From positions 4,384,001 through 4,448,000 of the forward strand of contig OY764216.1 in NCBI GenBank assembly GCA_963668315.1: a stretch of DNA of 64,000 nt, in the 5' to 3' direction. Under the pieces are notes generated by a model. It searched no databases. It was not told where the DNA came from and saw only the letters and a list, made by a program, of their open reading frames with translations. The position numbers and the translations under genes were made by a program. This document shows, one piece after another, positions 19,776 through 30,345 of the stretch; positions within the stretch are counted from its first letter, which is position 1; each line of letters begins with the position of its first letter. Source of the stretch: Spirochaetia bacterium. Lineage in GTDB: Bacteria > Spirochaetota > Spirochaetia > DSM-2461.

Positions 19776-21593
19776 ATGACTGAACCGCGCATAGCCGTAC
19801 TGGAAGATTCGGTCGCCCGCAGAATCGCCGCGGGGGAAGTGATAGAGAGGCCCTCGTCGGTTGTGCGCGAGCTGCTGGACAACTCCATCGATGCGGGCAG
19901 CAGCGAAATCGCCCTTCACATAGACGGGGGCGGCATCGGCCGGATAAGAATAGTGGACAACGGGACGGGAATGTCCGGAGAGGAGATGGATCTCTGCTGG
20001 CTCCCCCATGCCACCAGCAAGATACGAACGGTGGACGACCTGATGAGCGTGGGGACCCTGGGTTTCCGGGGGGAAGCCCTTTCCAGCGTGGCGGCCTGCG
20101 CCCGGATGGAAATCGTCAGCGCCACCGATGATTCGGGCGCCGCCGAGAAACTCCTTATTCAGGGGGGCAGGAAAGTCCTGCGGGAAGGAACGGCGGGTAC
20201 CAGAGGAACGGTTATCGATGTTTCCGATCTGTTCTACTCCATCCCGGCCCGGAAGAAATTCCTCAAAAGGGAGTCCGCCGAAGCACAGCAGTGCCGGAAA
20301 ACTTTTCTGGAAAAGGCCCTGCCCTTCCCGGAAGTGGGATTCCGCTATTTCCAGGACGGCCGGCTGAATTTATACCTTCCCCCCTCGGATCTGAAGAGAC
20401 GGGTTCTTGCCGGCTATCCGGCCCTGGGGCAGGAAAAGCTGTTCACCCATCTGAGGGGAGAGGACGAGGGATTTACCGTGGATATTATCGCCGGCTCCCC
20501 GGCGCTCCACCGGCGCAACAGGCAGCAGATTCATATTTTCGCCAATAAACGCCGCATCGATGAGTTCGGATTCGTCCAGGCGGTGGAGTACGGCTACGAC
20601 ACCTTTCTGCCGGGCGGCCAGTTCCCCGTCTGTTTCGTTTTTGTCCAGTGCGATCCCCGCCTGGTGGACTTCAATATCCATCCGGCGAAAAGGGAGGCGA
20701 AATTCCGCATTAAACAGGAGATCCACCACCGGATCGTGATCATGCTCAAAGAGGAGCTCAACCGCAGCCATACGTCTCTGGACAGGCCGGCCCTGAATGA
20801 TATTGGCAAAGTCACCGGAAGACTCCCCTCGGGATACCAGAGCGAAACTCCCCAGGGAGAGTTCAAATCCCTGACAATGGGGGAGAGGGATGACTACAGA
20901 CTGAACTCGCCGCAATCACCGGGTCACTCAGGCTATGTGGCCCGTGAAAGGACGGCGGCCGCCAAATCGGCCCACCCCTTCTCCCTGCCCGAAGAGAGAA
21001 CCGCCCCCTTTGCGGGAACCAGAGAGCTTCCCCGACAGGAGGAGACGTCCCGGAACTTCCGCTACCTGGGACAGTTCATGAATCTTTTCCTTCTCATCGA
21101 GAGGGAGAGCAAACTCTATATCATGGACCAGCATGCCGCCCACGAGAGGATTCTCTACGAGGAGTTCAGGCAGAACCGCTCCCATCCGCAGGAGCTGCTC
21201 ATTCCCATCCGGCTGGAACTGACCGACGACGAAGACGAGTGGCTCGGGAAAAACCTTGATGACTGGAAAAATCTCGGATTCGACCTGAAGCGCCACGGGC
21301 CGGGAGACTGGACGGTGAACCGTGTTCCCGCCTTCGCCGAAAGAATGGACCGGGAAATACTGGAGATCATCCAGGGCCGGGGCGGTACGGGCGACCGGCT
21401 TGAAAAGGACCTCTACGCCACCGCCAGCTGCAAGGCCGCCATCAAGGACGGGGAGGTTCTGGACCGGGAGACGGCAGAGAGGCTGATAGAGAGAGCCTTC
21501 CGCCTTCCCTTCCCCCGCTGTCCCCACGGAAGGCCACTCTGGTTCGAAATCAGCCGGGACGAGCTTTTTCAGCTGGTGGGTCGCACGGTCTAG
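19776..21593 (+). CDS. mutL: DNA mismatch repair endonuclease MutL
   Basis: IAAGEVIERP, HATSKI, GFRGEAL; C-terminal DQHAAHERILYEE and CPHGRP. Confidence 0.97.
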   Translation: MTEPRIAVLEDSVARRIAAGEVIERPSSVVRELLDNSIDAGSSEIALHIDGGGIGRIRIVDNGTGMSGEEMDLCWLPHATSKIRTVDDLMSVGTLGFRGEALSSVAACARMEIVSATDDSGAAEKLLIQGGRKVLREGTAGTRGTVIDVSDLFYSIPARKKFLKRESAEAQQCRKTFLEKALPFPEVGFRYFQDGRLNLYLPPSDLKRRVLAGYPALGQEKLFTHLRGEDEGFTVDIIAGSPALHRRNRQQIHIFANKRRIDEFGFVQAVEYGYDTFLPGGQFPVCFVFVQCDPRLVDFNIHPAKREAKFRIKQEIHHRIVIMLKEELNRSHTSLDRPALNDIGKVTGRLPSGYQSETPQGEFKSLTMGERDDYRLNSPQSPGHSGYVARERTAAAKSAHPFSLPEERTAPFAGTRELPRQEETSRNFRYLGQFMNLFLLIERESKLYIMDQHAAHERILYEEFRQNRSHPQELLIPIRLELTDDEDEWLGKNLDDWKNLGFDLKRHGPGDWTVNRVPAFAERMDREILEIIQGRGGTGDRLEKDLYATASCKAAIKDGEVLDRETAERLIERAFRLPFPRCPHGRPLWFEISRDELFQLVGRTV

Positions 21594-21685
21594 GACGACG
21601 GTTAATTTTTTTTACCCTTTTCTCATCTTTTCCTAACATAACTTCCGCAGAATGGGAAAGAGCTCTATGAGGAGAAGGTAAAAAT

Positions 21686-22564
21686 ATGACCATTAAAAAA
21701 AGCCTCCGGGGAAATATTATCCTGCTCACCCTTGCCGGCGAGCTGGATATGTATAATTCCACCGAATTCCGCCAGCATATAGATGCCATGCTGGACAAGC
21801 ATTCCCCCAAGGGTCTTCTGATGAATTTCCGGGATCTCACCTATGTTGATTCCAGCGGTATCGGCCAGCTGCTCTCGCTGATAAAGAGGACGACCCAGAA
21901 AAACTGCGAAACCTGTTTCTGCCACATCCAGGATCAGGTCCTCGAGATAATCAAACTGACCAGGATTCTGCCCCTTTTCGAGATTAAGAGCTCCGAAAGG
22001 CGGGCCATCGATTATCTGGAGGGAAAAATCAGGAAGAAGTCCCAATACAGCCGTTCCACTGTCCGCATTGACGAGGACAGCCCCCTTATGAGCAGGGAGG
22101 GGATGAGCCATAAGACCATCAATATCGATTTCAGCCGCATCCGCTACATCAGTCATATCATAACCCAGGACGCGCCGGACATCATCCGCGAGTATAATCT
22201 GCTTGAACAGCAGATAAGCGAAATCATAAAAAACGGCATACGCCACGGCAATAAGAACGATATCAGCAAATCCCTCAAAATCTGGTGGCACTTCACGGCC
22301 CGTTCCGCCCGGCTCATCGTGGAAGACGAGGGGGAGGGATTTCAGAAACTGGAGGAGTGGCTGGATTTTCACGAGAAGAGGCTGGAATGCTTTTCCCGGG
22401 GGGATTTTGAATCGATGACGGAATATCTGAGCTACCGCACACCGGAAAGCCGTGAGGAGGACGGGGGAAATGCCCTTTTCGCCGCCGTGGAGTACTGGAA
22501 CAGGGGCGTGGTGTTCAACAATAAGAAGAATGCCATAGCCGTGGCCCGCGATTTTATATATTAG
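21686..22564 (+). CDS. STAS (anti-anti-sigma) domain fused to an RsbW-like HATPase kinase domain
   Basis: GELDMYN..YVDSSGIG (STAS); EIIKNGIRHGN, VEDEGEGF, EDGGNAL (HATPase boxes). Confidence 0.8.
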   Translation: MTIKKSLRGNIILLTLAGELDMYNSTEFRQHIDAMLDKHSPKGLLMNFRDLTYVDSSGIGQLLSLIKRTTQKNCETCFCHIQDQVLEIIKLTRILPLFEIKSSERRAIDYLEGKIRKKSQYSRSTVRIDEDSPLMSREGMSHKTINIDFSRIRYISHIITQDAPDIIREYNLLEQQISEIIKNGIRHGNKNDISKSLKIWWHFTARSARLIVEDEGEGFQKLEEWLDFHEKRLECFSRGDFESMTEYLSYRTPESREEDGGNALFAAVEYWNRGVVFNNKKNAIAVARDFIY

Positions 22565-22566
22565 AA

Positions 22567-23754
22567 ATGATAAAAAGAATACCCATAGAAAAAAGAAGAA
22601 AGCAGACGGTCGGGTTTCTGGGAGCCGATTCCTTCTATGTCAGGGACGACTGTACGGTGGAAGAGCTTCTCCGGGCCCTGGAAGAGAGTTCCGAGACATC
22701 CCTCTATGCTCTGGCTGTGGTCGACAGGAATATGAAAAACCGGGGGCTCATCGTCCTGAGGGAGCTCTATTCCCTCATAGGGCGTCAGTACGGAAGAGCC
22801 ATTCTCGGCAAGAAAACGGTCAATGCGGTTATGAACCGGGAAACCCCCGCCTTCAATATAGACGACAATATATTCTCCGTGGGGGAAGAGCTGGAGAAAA
22901 ATCTGCGTGACGATGAGATAACCTACTACCTGCTCCATGACAACGACTATGTGTTCAAGGGGATTTTCTCCTCACGGGATATTCTGATCCATCTAAGCAA
23001 TATGACAAAGAACGATATGGTCATGGCCCAGTCCATCCAGAGAAAGATCTCACGGGAGGAGACCAGTATCCACGAGTCCCACTTTGACCTGGTCGCGTCC
23101 ACCCAGCCCGTTATGGACGTGGGGGGCGACTGCTACCTCATCAAGAAATACCATAAGAACCAATGGCTCTTCTCGGTGTGCGATGCCTCGGGCAAGGGGA
23201 TCGCCGCCTCGCTTCTGACGACGACGATCTGGGGCATGATGAGCATTTACGATTTCACCGGGGGGCTCTCCTCCTTTCTGAAAAAAGTAAACAGCTACCT
23301 CTTCGAGACACTGGAATCGGAACGTTTCATAACGGGGATTTTTCTGGATTTCCATGCCGATACCGGCAAAGTTCATATCTATGACATGGGCCATTCCTAT
23401 CTCTATATACACAGGACGGGACGGCTGAAAAGAATCCCCCTGAAGGGTAATCCCCCCATCGGGATTCAGGAACTGAAGAATTTTTCCGTGGGAACTCTGC
23501 AGCTCAACGAGGGGGATTATCTTTTCATTCCCACCGACGGGCTTCTCGAACAGTCGAATCAGGAGGGGCGTTTCTATTCCATCAAGCGGGTGCAGACGAT
23601 CATCAATAAGAACCTGAACAAGCCCATAGATCAGGTGAAAACCGAAATCCGCCGGGACTTCCTGGAGTTCAAGGGAAAGGAGCATGTCCATGACGATGTG
23701 ACCTTTCTGCTCCTGAAGTATTACGACAGGGAAGCGAAGGACGAATACGTCTGA
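22567..23754 (+). CDS. SpoIIE/RsbU-type PP2C phosphatase with N-terminal CBS-like pair
   Basis: VGGDCY, DASGKG, TDGLLE, HDDVT. N-terminal LAVVD..GLIV and FKGIFSSRDIL. Confidence 0.85.
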   Translation: MIKRIPIEKRRKQTVGFLGADSFYVRDDCTVEELLRALEESSETSLYALAVVDRNMKNRGLIVLRELYSLIGRQYGRAILGKKTVNAVMNRETPAFNIDDNIFSVGEELEKNLRDDEITYYLLHDNDYVFKGIFSSRDILIHLSNMTKNDMVMAQSIQRKISREETSIHESHFDLVASTQPVMDVGGDCYLIKKYHKNQWLFSVCDASGKGIAASLLTTTIWGMMSIYDFTGGLSSFLKKVNSYLFETLESERFITGIFLDFHADTGKVHIYDMGHSYLYIHRTGRLKRIPLKGNPPIGIQELKNFSVGTLQLNEGDYLFIPTDGLLEQSNQEGRFYSIKRVQTIINKNLNKPIDQVKTEIRRDFLEFKGKEHVHDDVTFLLLKYYDREAKDEYV

Positions 23755-23767
23755 GAGGACCGGACCG

Positions 23768-24136
23768 TCAGACAGCCCGGCCTATCTGCTTCCTGACAAC
23801 GGACATAACCACCTCAGGATCGACCGGTTTTGTCAGGAAGTCGACCGCCCCGAGGGATAATCCCCGGGCTTTTTCCTCGGGGCTGTCGTTCCCCGTAAGA
23901 AAAATAACGGGGACATCCCTGAGGTTCTCATTGCCTTTGATCCGGGTGCAGACCTCGTACCCGTCCATTCCGGGCATGACGATATCGAGCAGGACGAGGA
24001 GCGGCTTCTCCTCTTCCATGATTTCCAGGGCTTCCTCCCCGTCCAGAGCCACGGAAATATCATCAAGACTGCTTAAGAGCTCCAGCAGAATATCTATATT
24101 CGCCGGTGTATCATCCACTACTAAAATCATAGGCAC
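23768..24136 (-). CDS. Single-domain response regulator
   Basis: VVDD, LLDIVMPGMDG, FLT, KP. Confidence 0.9.
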   Translation of the reverse strand: MPMILVVDDTPANIDILLELLSSLDDISVALDGEEALEIMEEEKPLLVLLDIVMPGMDGYEVCTRIKGNENLRDVPVIFLTGNDSPEEKARGLSLGAVDFLTKPVDPEVVMSVVRKQIGRAV

Positions 24137-24181
24137 CTGCCCTTCCGATTATGAAATGCCCCGTCCGGACATTTCCCCCTC

Positions 24182-27100
24182 CTACTGCAGAAAGGGTTCA
24201 AGGAGCTGTGCGGCTTCTTTCATCTTATAGCCGCCCATCAAAATCCTAATCTCCCTGAGCTTTTCTTGTAAATCCCCGGGAAGCTCATACCCTTCAAGCT
24301 CATCGAAGACCCCATTGGCCGGTTTCGGCTTTCTCATTCTCAGCGCATCGGAAGCTGACTGAAGCATTTCCCTAAGCTGTTCTCCGGAAATGACCCCGTT
24401 CCCTTCCGGTTCCTTCCTGTTCCGGCCGGATAGCCCGCTCTCCCCTATGGCATTTATCAGCGCGGCGGTCTCTTCTTCCACATCGATGAGAAACTTCCCC
24501 GGAACTCGCCCTTCCTTCAATGCCTTCTCGAGGACTGCGGCTTTCCGATGAAGAGAATCGGCTCCGAGATTGGCGCTCACCCCTTTCAGGGTATGGGCCA
24601 GACGTACAGCCTCATCGGTCTCTCCCCCGTCCAGAAGTCTGCTGAAGTCCATACCCAGGCTCCCGAAATCTCCGGCGAATCTGACGAGTAAATCCCTGTA
24701 GAGAGTCCTGTTCCCCCCCACGTGATTAAGCCCCGACGTACTGTCTATCCCTTCTATCTCGGGCAGGGGGACATCTCTCTCCGGCGGCGTCCTTCCGGTA
24801 AAAAGCTCTCTCCGAGCCGGGACGATCCATCGAACCAGGACATTCCAGAGTTCCTCCGTATGGATCGGCTTGGTGATATACTCGTTCATACCCGCTTCAA
24901 AAACCTTTTCTTTCACTCCGGACATGGCGTCGGCGGTCATAGCCACAATGGGAAGATCGGCACATCCCGGAGAATTCCGGATGAGACCGGTTGCCTCGTA
25001 ACCGCCCATGACGGGCATCTGCAGATCCATGAGGACAATATCGTAAGGGCCGTTCCGGACCTTATCCACAGCGATCTTCCCGTTATCGGCTATGTCAACG
25101 AAAAACCCTTCCCCCTCAAGAAGTTCCCTCGCGACCTGCTGATTGATCTCGTTATCCTCTGTGAGAAGGATTCTGGCCCCGCGCACCCTGTCGAAACCCT
25201 CGGGATACCGGTTCGGGGAGAGGGTTCTCTCCCCGGTTCCCCCGTGGCCGAAAGCTTCGATGATCATATTGTAAAGTAGAGACTGATTGACCGGCTTCAG
25301 GACAAATCCGTCGAAATGGTGCTTTTCCACGCCGCTTAATATTTCGTCACGGCCGTATCCGGTGATGAGAATATATCGGGGCCTTTGCTCCGCAGGCAGC
25401 AGCTCATTGATCTTTTCGGCCGTCTGAAACCCGTTCAGCCCGGGCATACTGTAATCGACAAGGACGAGGGCAAAGGGAGCTTTGTTCTCCTCCAGCCTTT
25501 CTCTGACGGCCCTTACAGCCTCCGTTCCGTTATCGACGGAGCAGGGCTGAAAACCGAAATCCCCGGTATATTCCCTCAGGACCTCCCGGCTGGTGCTGTT
25601 GTCATCCACAATCAGGACTTCCAGATCAATCAGTTCTTTTGGAACGACCTCTTTTTTGTTTCTTTGCCGTATCTCAAACTTGCCGGTAAAACAGAAGGTG
25701 GAACCTTCTCCGTAAACGCTTTCGACACCGATACTTCCCTCCATCATCTCCGCCAGATTCTTACTGATGGAAAGGCCCAGACCGGTTCCGCCGTATTTTC
25801 GGGTCGTGGATGTATCGGCCTGGGTAAAGGCACAGAACAGTTTCTCCGACTGCTCCCCGGTCAAGCCTATGCCCGTGTCCCTGACAAGAAACCGGATCTC
25901 CGCCACCCCCTCCTCCGCAGCGACCAGTTCCGCGATCACATCAATCTCGCCGGTTTCGGTGAATTTTACGGCATTGCTGGTCAGATTCAAAAGTACCTGT
26001 CCCAGACGGAGCGGGTCTCCCATAAGATCCCGAGGAACATCCGTTCCAATGAGAAAGACCAGTTCAAGATTCTTCTCATAGGCTTTTTTGCTGATCATGG
26101 ATCCCAGATTGTCAAAGACCTCGTTCAGATTGAAATCAATCTTTTCCATGACAAGTTTCCCCGCCTCAATTTTGGAAAAATCCAGAATATCGTTTATAAT
26201 ACCCAGAAGGCTGTGGGCGGAGCCGTTTATCTTGCTGATATAATCGAACTGCTTGTCGGTCAGATCCGTTCTCTGAAGCAGCTGCGCCAGCCCCATGATG
26301 GCATTCATCGGCGTACGTATCTCATGGCTCATATTGGCGAGAAAATCGGACTTGGCCCTGGTGGCTTCCTCCGCTTCCTCCTTGGCCCGGGCCAGTTCTC
26401 GCTCGCCGTTTATCCGCTCGGTTATGTCCTGGTAATATTCGATCATACGAACGACAGCCCCCCCGTCGTCAAAGATGGGATACCCATAGACCTCCAGGTA
26501 CCTTTCGCGGCCCTCCCCGTCTCGGTGGACATGTCTGACCGTCACGGACTCTTTCCCCTCCACGACCAGGCTGAGCGGACAGGGATGCTCCTCCCCCCCG
26601 CAGGGAGTGTCAACTCCATGGGTCATCCCGTAGCAGGTGGTGCTCTCCCTTCCTCCGCCGCACTCCCTGGCGGCGGAATTCGCCAGGACGATGTCCCGCG
26701 TTTTCACATCGATAACGTAAAAGGGATGGGTCAGGGCTTCTATGGTGTTCTCAAGCTCCTTTTTGGCGAAGCTGAGCTCCCGGGTTCGCGCATCGACCCG
26801 GTCTTCCAGTTTGTCATTCGCACTCATCAGAGAGCGGTTGGCCTGCTCTCCCATAATCAGATTAATCAGCGTGGAGACTCCTGCCAGGACGAAAGCCATA
26901 AGGAGCGTGAGTAAGATCAGCAGCTCCATCATATGGAACGTGGAGAGGGCCTCCCCCAAATCCAGTTCCGCGGCGACCCCCATGGATAGGCTGTCGTTCC
27001 AGAACCAGGCACCCAGGACTTCAACCCCCCGGTAGTCACGGTAGCTTCCGGCCACGCGGCCACTCCGTCCGGTCATGGCCTCTGTAAAAAGTTTTGTCGG

Positions 27101-28981
27101 AGGAAGTTCGCCGGAAGGACGGTCAAAGGGCTTCTCTGCACTAAGGGCCCTCCCGGGATCAACCATGCCGATGTTCAGCCTGCTGCGCAGATCCCTATCG
27201 AGTAATCCGTAATCATGCAGCTGGTCTTCAAAACGGCTGTTGGTCAGTATCGTTCCGTTCCGGTCGAACAGATAGGAATCCCCCATGAGTCCGGTCCGGC
27301 CTACCTTGGAAAATTCCATAAAATCCCTATCGGGATCTTCCCTCTGGGAGAGAACGGCAATGACATTCCCCTCGGTGTCTCTGAGGGGAACGGTATAATA
27401 CATAACCCCTTTCTCTATCCCCCCGCCGGCTGCTTCTTCCCTCTCGACATCGGGGATGGGGGGGATAAAGGTCGATTCGCCTCCCAGAACCCTCTCAAAC
27501 AGATCCGGGCGATAGGCCATGACAGGGCTGATTTTACCGACCAGATTCTCATCGACGGAAGCGATGATATTGCCTTCGGGAGAGATCAGAGAATATCCCT
27601 CATAATTCATATAGCGGTTCCGGTAATTAAAGTAGGTCTTGAACTTAACCAGTTCCTCGCTCCTCAGGAGCTCTCTCCGGTCAAAGGGGATCTGGAGCAT
27701 CTCCTCGACATAACGCCGGGGAATAGGTTCGGCCGCTTCCACCTCCATATGCCTGATCCGGCTCCCTATGTAGGCCTGAACGGAACCGTTGACCGAGGCG
27801 GCCACCACTTCGAGATTCTGGAGGACCGCTTCATATTCCCGCTTCTTTATCGTTTCCAGTTCCAGCAGGGAAACAATCAGAACCAGAATAATCAGGGAAA
27901 TCAGAACGCTCACGCTGATAATCCGGATCCGCTTTATTTCAAAATATTTACCCCGGGCGGATCTTCGCCGAATCATGGACTGGACGGCGAAAAGGATCAT
28001 CAGAATGATGGCGATAACGGCGATGACTCTCGTCGTCAATGTTCTGGCCGTGCTCCGGATCACAGCCGGATCGCCCCCTTCCGCGGGAGAAACCTCCCCG
28101 GCGGATACACCGCGCCTCCCCGAATCATCAGAAGGGATACTCCCTTGTCCCTCCATTCCCAGCCAGCGGTTCTCCAGGACAAGCTTCTCCCCGGAATCGA
28201 CCATCCCGATGCCCTTATTCAGGATGGAGACAAGTATATCCCAGTCTTTCCTCACGGCCAGGTACATTTCGTCGGAATCAACCTCCCCGTCCCCCGAAAG
28301 GGAAGCGAACTTTACCCCGGACAGATTATTCTCCCTTATCAGGGCATTCGTCACGACAAGCCTGTCGATATAGGCATCGGCTTTACCGTAGATGACCTCG
28401 GTCAGGCCTTCCAGAGCGCTCCCGACAACCTGAATGTGAAGGAGCGGATAATTTTTTCTGAGATAGCTTTCCAGGTTAAAACCGTCTACCACGGCTACCG
28501 TCCGGCCTTCGAGATCCCCTATCCCGTGAACGGAATCATCTCCCGACTTGACAAAAAGAGCCCTGGGATTGGTCACATAGGAATCGGTATAGCTCAGAAA
28601 GGATTCCCTCTCCGGGACGTAAACGATGCTGTGGATAACGTCAATCTCTCCCGCCTTCACCATATCCAGCAGTTCGCTCCAGCTGTATCCGTTCACCCAC
28701 TCCCAGTGGAATCCGATTTTTTCGGCAATGAGATTCAGATAGTCAACATCATAACCGGCGGGTAAGCCGTTCCGCACAAAATCGAAGGGGGGCCAGTCCA
28801 TCTGATTGGAAACCCTCAGAACAGGATGTTCCTGCAGCCATGACCTCTCCTCTGCGGTAAGATCCTGGGGAAAAAGAGTCTCTGCGGAAGGGAAAAGAAG
28901 GAGTCCGTAAAAGAAGAGAACCGCCATCCCCATTGACCTGTGTCTCTTCGGCCTCGGAGACAAGAGTGGGCAAAGGATCAT
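24182..28981 (-). CDS. Hybrid sensor histidine kinase (PBP, Cache, PAS, HisKA, HATPase, 2x REC, HPt)
   Basis: DWPPFDF (PBPb); YRDYRGVEVLGAW (Cache); FLANMSHEIRTPM; GGTGLGL; two receivers; AHTLKG (HPt). Confidence 0.93.
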   Translation of the reverse strand: MILCPLLSPRPKRHRSMGMAVLFFYGLLLFPSAETLFPQDLTAEERSWLQEHPVLRVSNQMDWPPFDFVRNGLPAGYDVDYLNLIAEKIGFHWEWVNGYSWSELLDMVKAGEIDVIHSIVYVPERESFLSYTDSYVTNPRALFVKSGDDSVHGIGDLEGRTVAVVDGFNLESYLRKNYPLLHIQVVGSALEGLTEVIYGKADAYIDRLVVTNALIRENNLSGVKFASLSGDGEVDSDEMYLAVRKDWDILVSILNKGIGMVDSGEKLVLENRWLGMEGQGSIPSDDSGRRGVSAGEVSPAEGGDPAVIRSTARTLTTRVIAVIAIILMILFAVQSMIRRRSARGKYFEIKRIRIISVSVLISLIILVLIVSLLELETIKKREYEAVLQNLEVVAASVNGSVQAYIGSRIRHMEVEAAEPIPRRYVEEMLQIPFDRRELLRSEELVKFKTYFNYRNRYMNYEGYSLISPEGNIIASVDENLVGKISPVMAYRPDLFERVLGGESTFIPPIPDVEREEAAGGGIEKGVMYYTVPLRDTEGNVIAVLSQREDPDRDFMEFSKVGRTGLMGDSYLFDRNGTILTNSRFEDQLHDYGLLDRDLRSRLNIGMVDPGRALSAEKPFDRPSGELPPTKLFTEAMTGRSGRVAGSYRDYRGVEVLGAWFWNDSLSMGVAAELDLGEALSTFHMMELLILLTLLMAFVLAGVSTLINLIMGEQANRSLMSANDKLEDRVDARTRELSFAKKELENTIEALTHPFYVIDVKTRDIVLANSAARECGGGRESTTCYGMTHGVDTPCGGEEHPCPLSLVVEGKESVTVRHVHRDGEGRERYLEVYGYPIFDDGGAVVRMIEYYQDITERINGERELARAKEEAEEATRAKSDFLANMSHEIRTPMNAIMGLAQLLQRTDLTDKQFDYISKINGSAHSLLGIINDILDFSKIEAGKLVMEKIDFNLNEVFDNLGSMISKKAYEKNLELVFLIGTDVPRDLMGDPLRLGQVLLNLTSNAVKFTETGEIDVIAELVAAEEGVAEIRFLVRDTGIGLTGEQSEKLFCAFTQADTSTTRKYGGTGLGLSISKNLAEMMEGSIGVESVYGEGSTFCFTGKFEIRQRNKKEVVPKELIDLEVLIVDDNSTSREVLREYTGDFGFQPCSVDNGTEAVRAVRERLEENKAPFALVLVDYSMPGLNGFQTAEKINELLPAEQRPRYILITGYGRDEILSGVEKHHFDGFVLKPVNQSLLYNMIIEAFGHGGTGERTLSPNRYPEGFDRVRGARILLTEDNEINQQVARELLEGEGFFVDIADNGKIAVDKVRNGPYDIVLMDLQMPVMGGYEATGLIRNSPGCADLPIVAMTADAMSGVKEKVFEAGMNEYITKPIHTEELWNVLVRWIVPARRELFTGRTPPERDVPLPEIEGIDSTSGLNHVGGNRTLYRDLLVRFAGDFGSLGMDFSRLLDGGETDEAVRLAHTLKGVSANLGADSLHRKAAVLEKALKEGRVPGKFLIDVEEETAALINAIGESGLSGRNRKEPEGNGVISGEQLREMLQSASDALRMRKPKPANGVFDELEGYELPGDLQEKLREIRILMGGYKMKEAAQLLEPFLQ

Positions 28982-30114
28982 CGGCGGACGGCCTCGCGCT
29001 CTTCTTCGGATTCCATCAGCTCCAGGGCGATCTGACGGAACTCTTCATGGATCTCCATAAAACAGTCGACGATTTGCGGGTCAAAATGGCTTCCCCTGCC
29101 CTCGCTTATCAGAGAGAGCGCCTTTGAATGGGTATAGGGTTCCTTATAGACCCGCCTGGAGATAAGCGCATCATAGACATCGGCCAGAGCCATGATTCTT
29201 CCCGAAAGAGGAATATCCTCCCCGCTCAACCCTTGGGGATAACCGCTTCCGTCCCATTTTTCATGGTGAGTATAGGCGATTTCCCGGGCATACTGCAGAA
29301 AAGACTCGCCCCTCATCTCTTCTTCGGCTTTCAGAAGGGCGTTCATTCCGTACAGGGTATGGCGCTTCATCTCGGAAAATTCCTCATTGTCCAGCTTGCC
29401 CGGTTTCAGCAGAATGGCATCGGGAACTCCGATTTTCCCGATATCATGCAGGGGGGCCGACTTTACCAGAAGCTCTATCAGCCTCGGATTCAGAACGGAG
29501 GAATACTCCTCCCTATCCTTCAATCCCATGGCTATTCTTTTCATATAGCGCTGTGTTCTTATGATATGGTTTCCCGTCTCATTATCTCTGGTTTCCGCGA
29601 GGGAGGCGGCCATACGGATTGTGATATCCTGGGTGTTGACGATTTCCCGGGTTCGCTCGACCACAAGCTCTTCCAGTATCTCATTCTGATTTTCCAGAAT
29701 ATCCCGGGCCATTTTCACAGCCAGATGGGTTTCCACCCGTACCAGGACTTCTCTGACATTGAAAGGCTTGGTTATATAATCGACGGCACCCAGCTGGAAT
29801 CCCTTTGTCATCTCGTCGATATCGGTCAGAGCGGAAAGGAATATGACGGGGATCTCTTCGGTTTTTCTGTCTGATTTCAGCCTTGCACAGGTTTCATAAC
29901 CATCCATTTCAGGCATCATAATGTCCAGGAGAATCAGATCGGGCATCTCCCCGGAGACCGCCTCAAGGGCCTCTTTCCCGTTTGTAGCCACAATCAGGGA
30001 AAAGCGGTCACCCAAGGCATCGACAAGAATATCAATATTCTGCGGCGTATCATCCACAACGAGAAGGGTCGCTCCATTGATTAACCCGTTATTCAAGGTA
30101 TTCATCCCTACCAC
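28978..30114 (-). CDS. REC-HD-GYP response regulator, c-di-GMP phosphodiesterase (RpfG-like)
   Basis: REC domain; RDNETGNH, LHDIGK, HHEKWDGSGYP, ADVYDAL. Confidence 0.93.
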   Translation of the reverse strand: MVGMNTLNNGLINGATLLVVDDTPQNIDILVDALGDRFSLIVATNGKEALEAVSGEMPDLILLDIMMPEMDGYETCARLKSDRKTEEIPVIFLSALTDIDEMTKGFQLGAVDYITKPFNVREVLVRVETHLAVKMARDILENQNEILEELVVERTREIVNTQDITIRMAASLAETRDNETGNHIIRTQRYMKRIAMGLKDREEYSSVLNPRLIELLVKSAPLHDIGKIGVPDAILLKPGKLDNEEFSEMKRHTLYGMNALLKAEEEMRGESFLQYAREIAYTHHEKWDGSGYPQGLSGEDIPLSGRIMALADVYDALISRRVYKEPYTHSKALSLISEGRGSHFDPQIVDCFMEIHEEFRQIALELMESEEEREAVRR

Positions 30115-30345
30115 CTCTTAATAATACCCGTATATAATCCGCCTTTTGAGCAGCTTCCTTCAATTTATATTTTTCCGAAAGGGATATCATGTCATTGATA
30201 TCATGGACGGCATCATCCGGGGCTGCCTTATGCAGAATCAAACAACCCGGATTTCCAGCGACTCTTTTTACGGAGTGGACCAATCTCCCGGCTGCCGCCG
30301 ATTCGATGCAAACCGTCATCAACATCAAAGATCCTCAGTTTATTA
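30089..30345 (-). pseudogene. Decayed 3' remnant (HPt region) of a paralogous hybrid kinase
   Basis: Fragments in two frames (DVDDGLHRIGGSR; RLVHSVKRVAGNPG..LHKAA; KYKLKEAAQ) are collinear with DSTSGLNHVGGNR, RLAHTLKGVSANLG..LHRKAA and GYKMKEAAQ of the intact kinase. Confidence 0.65.

Noticed and set aside
25385..28765. Two + strand ORFs of about 510 aa
   Set aside because: Antisense to the hybrid kinase, with no domain signatures.
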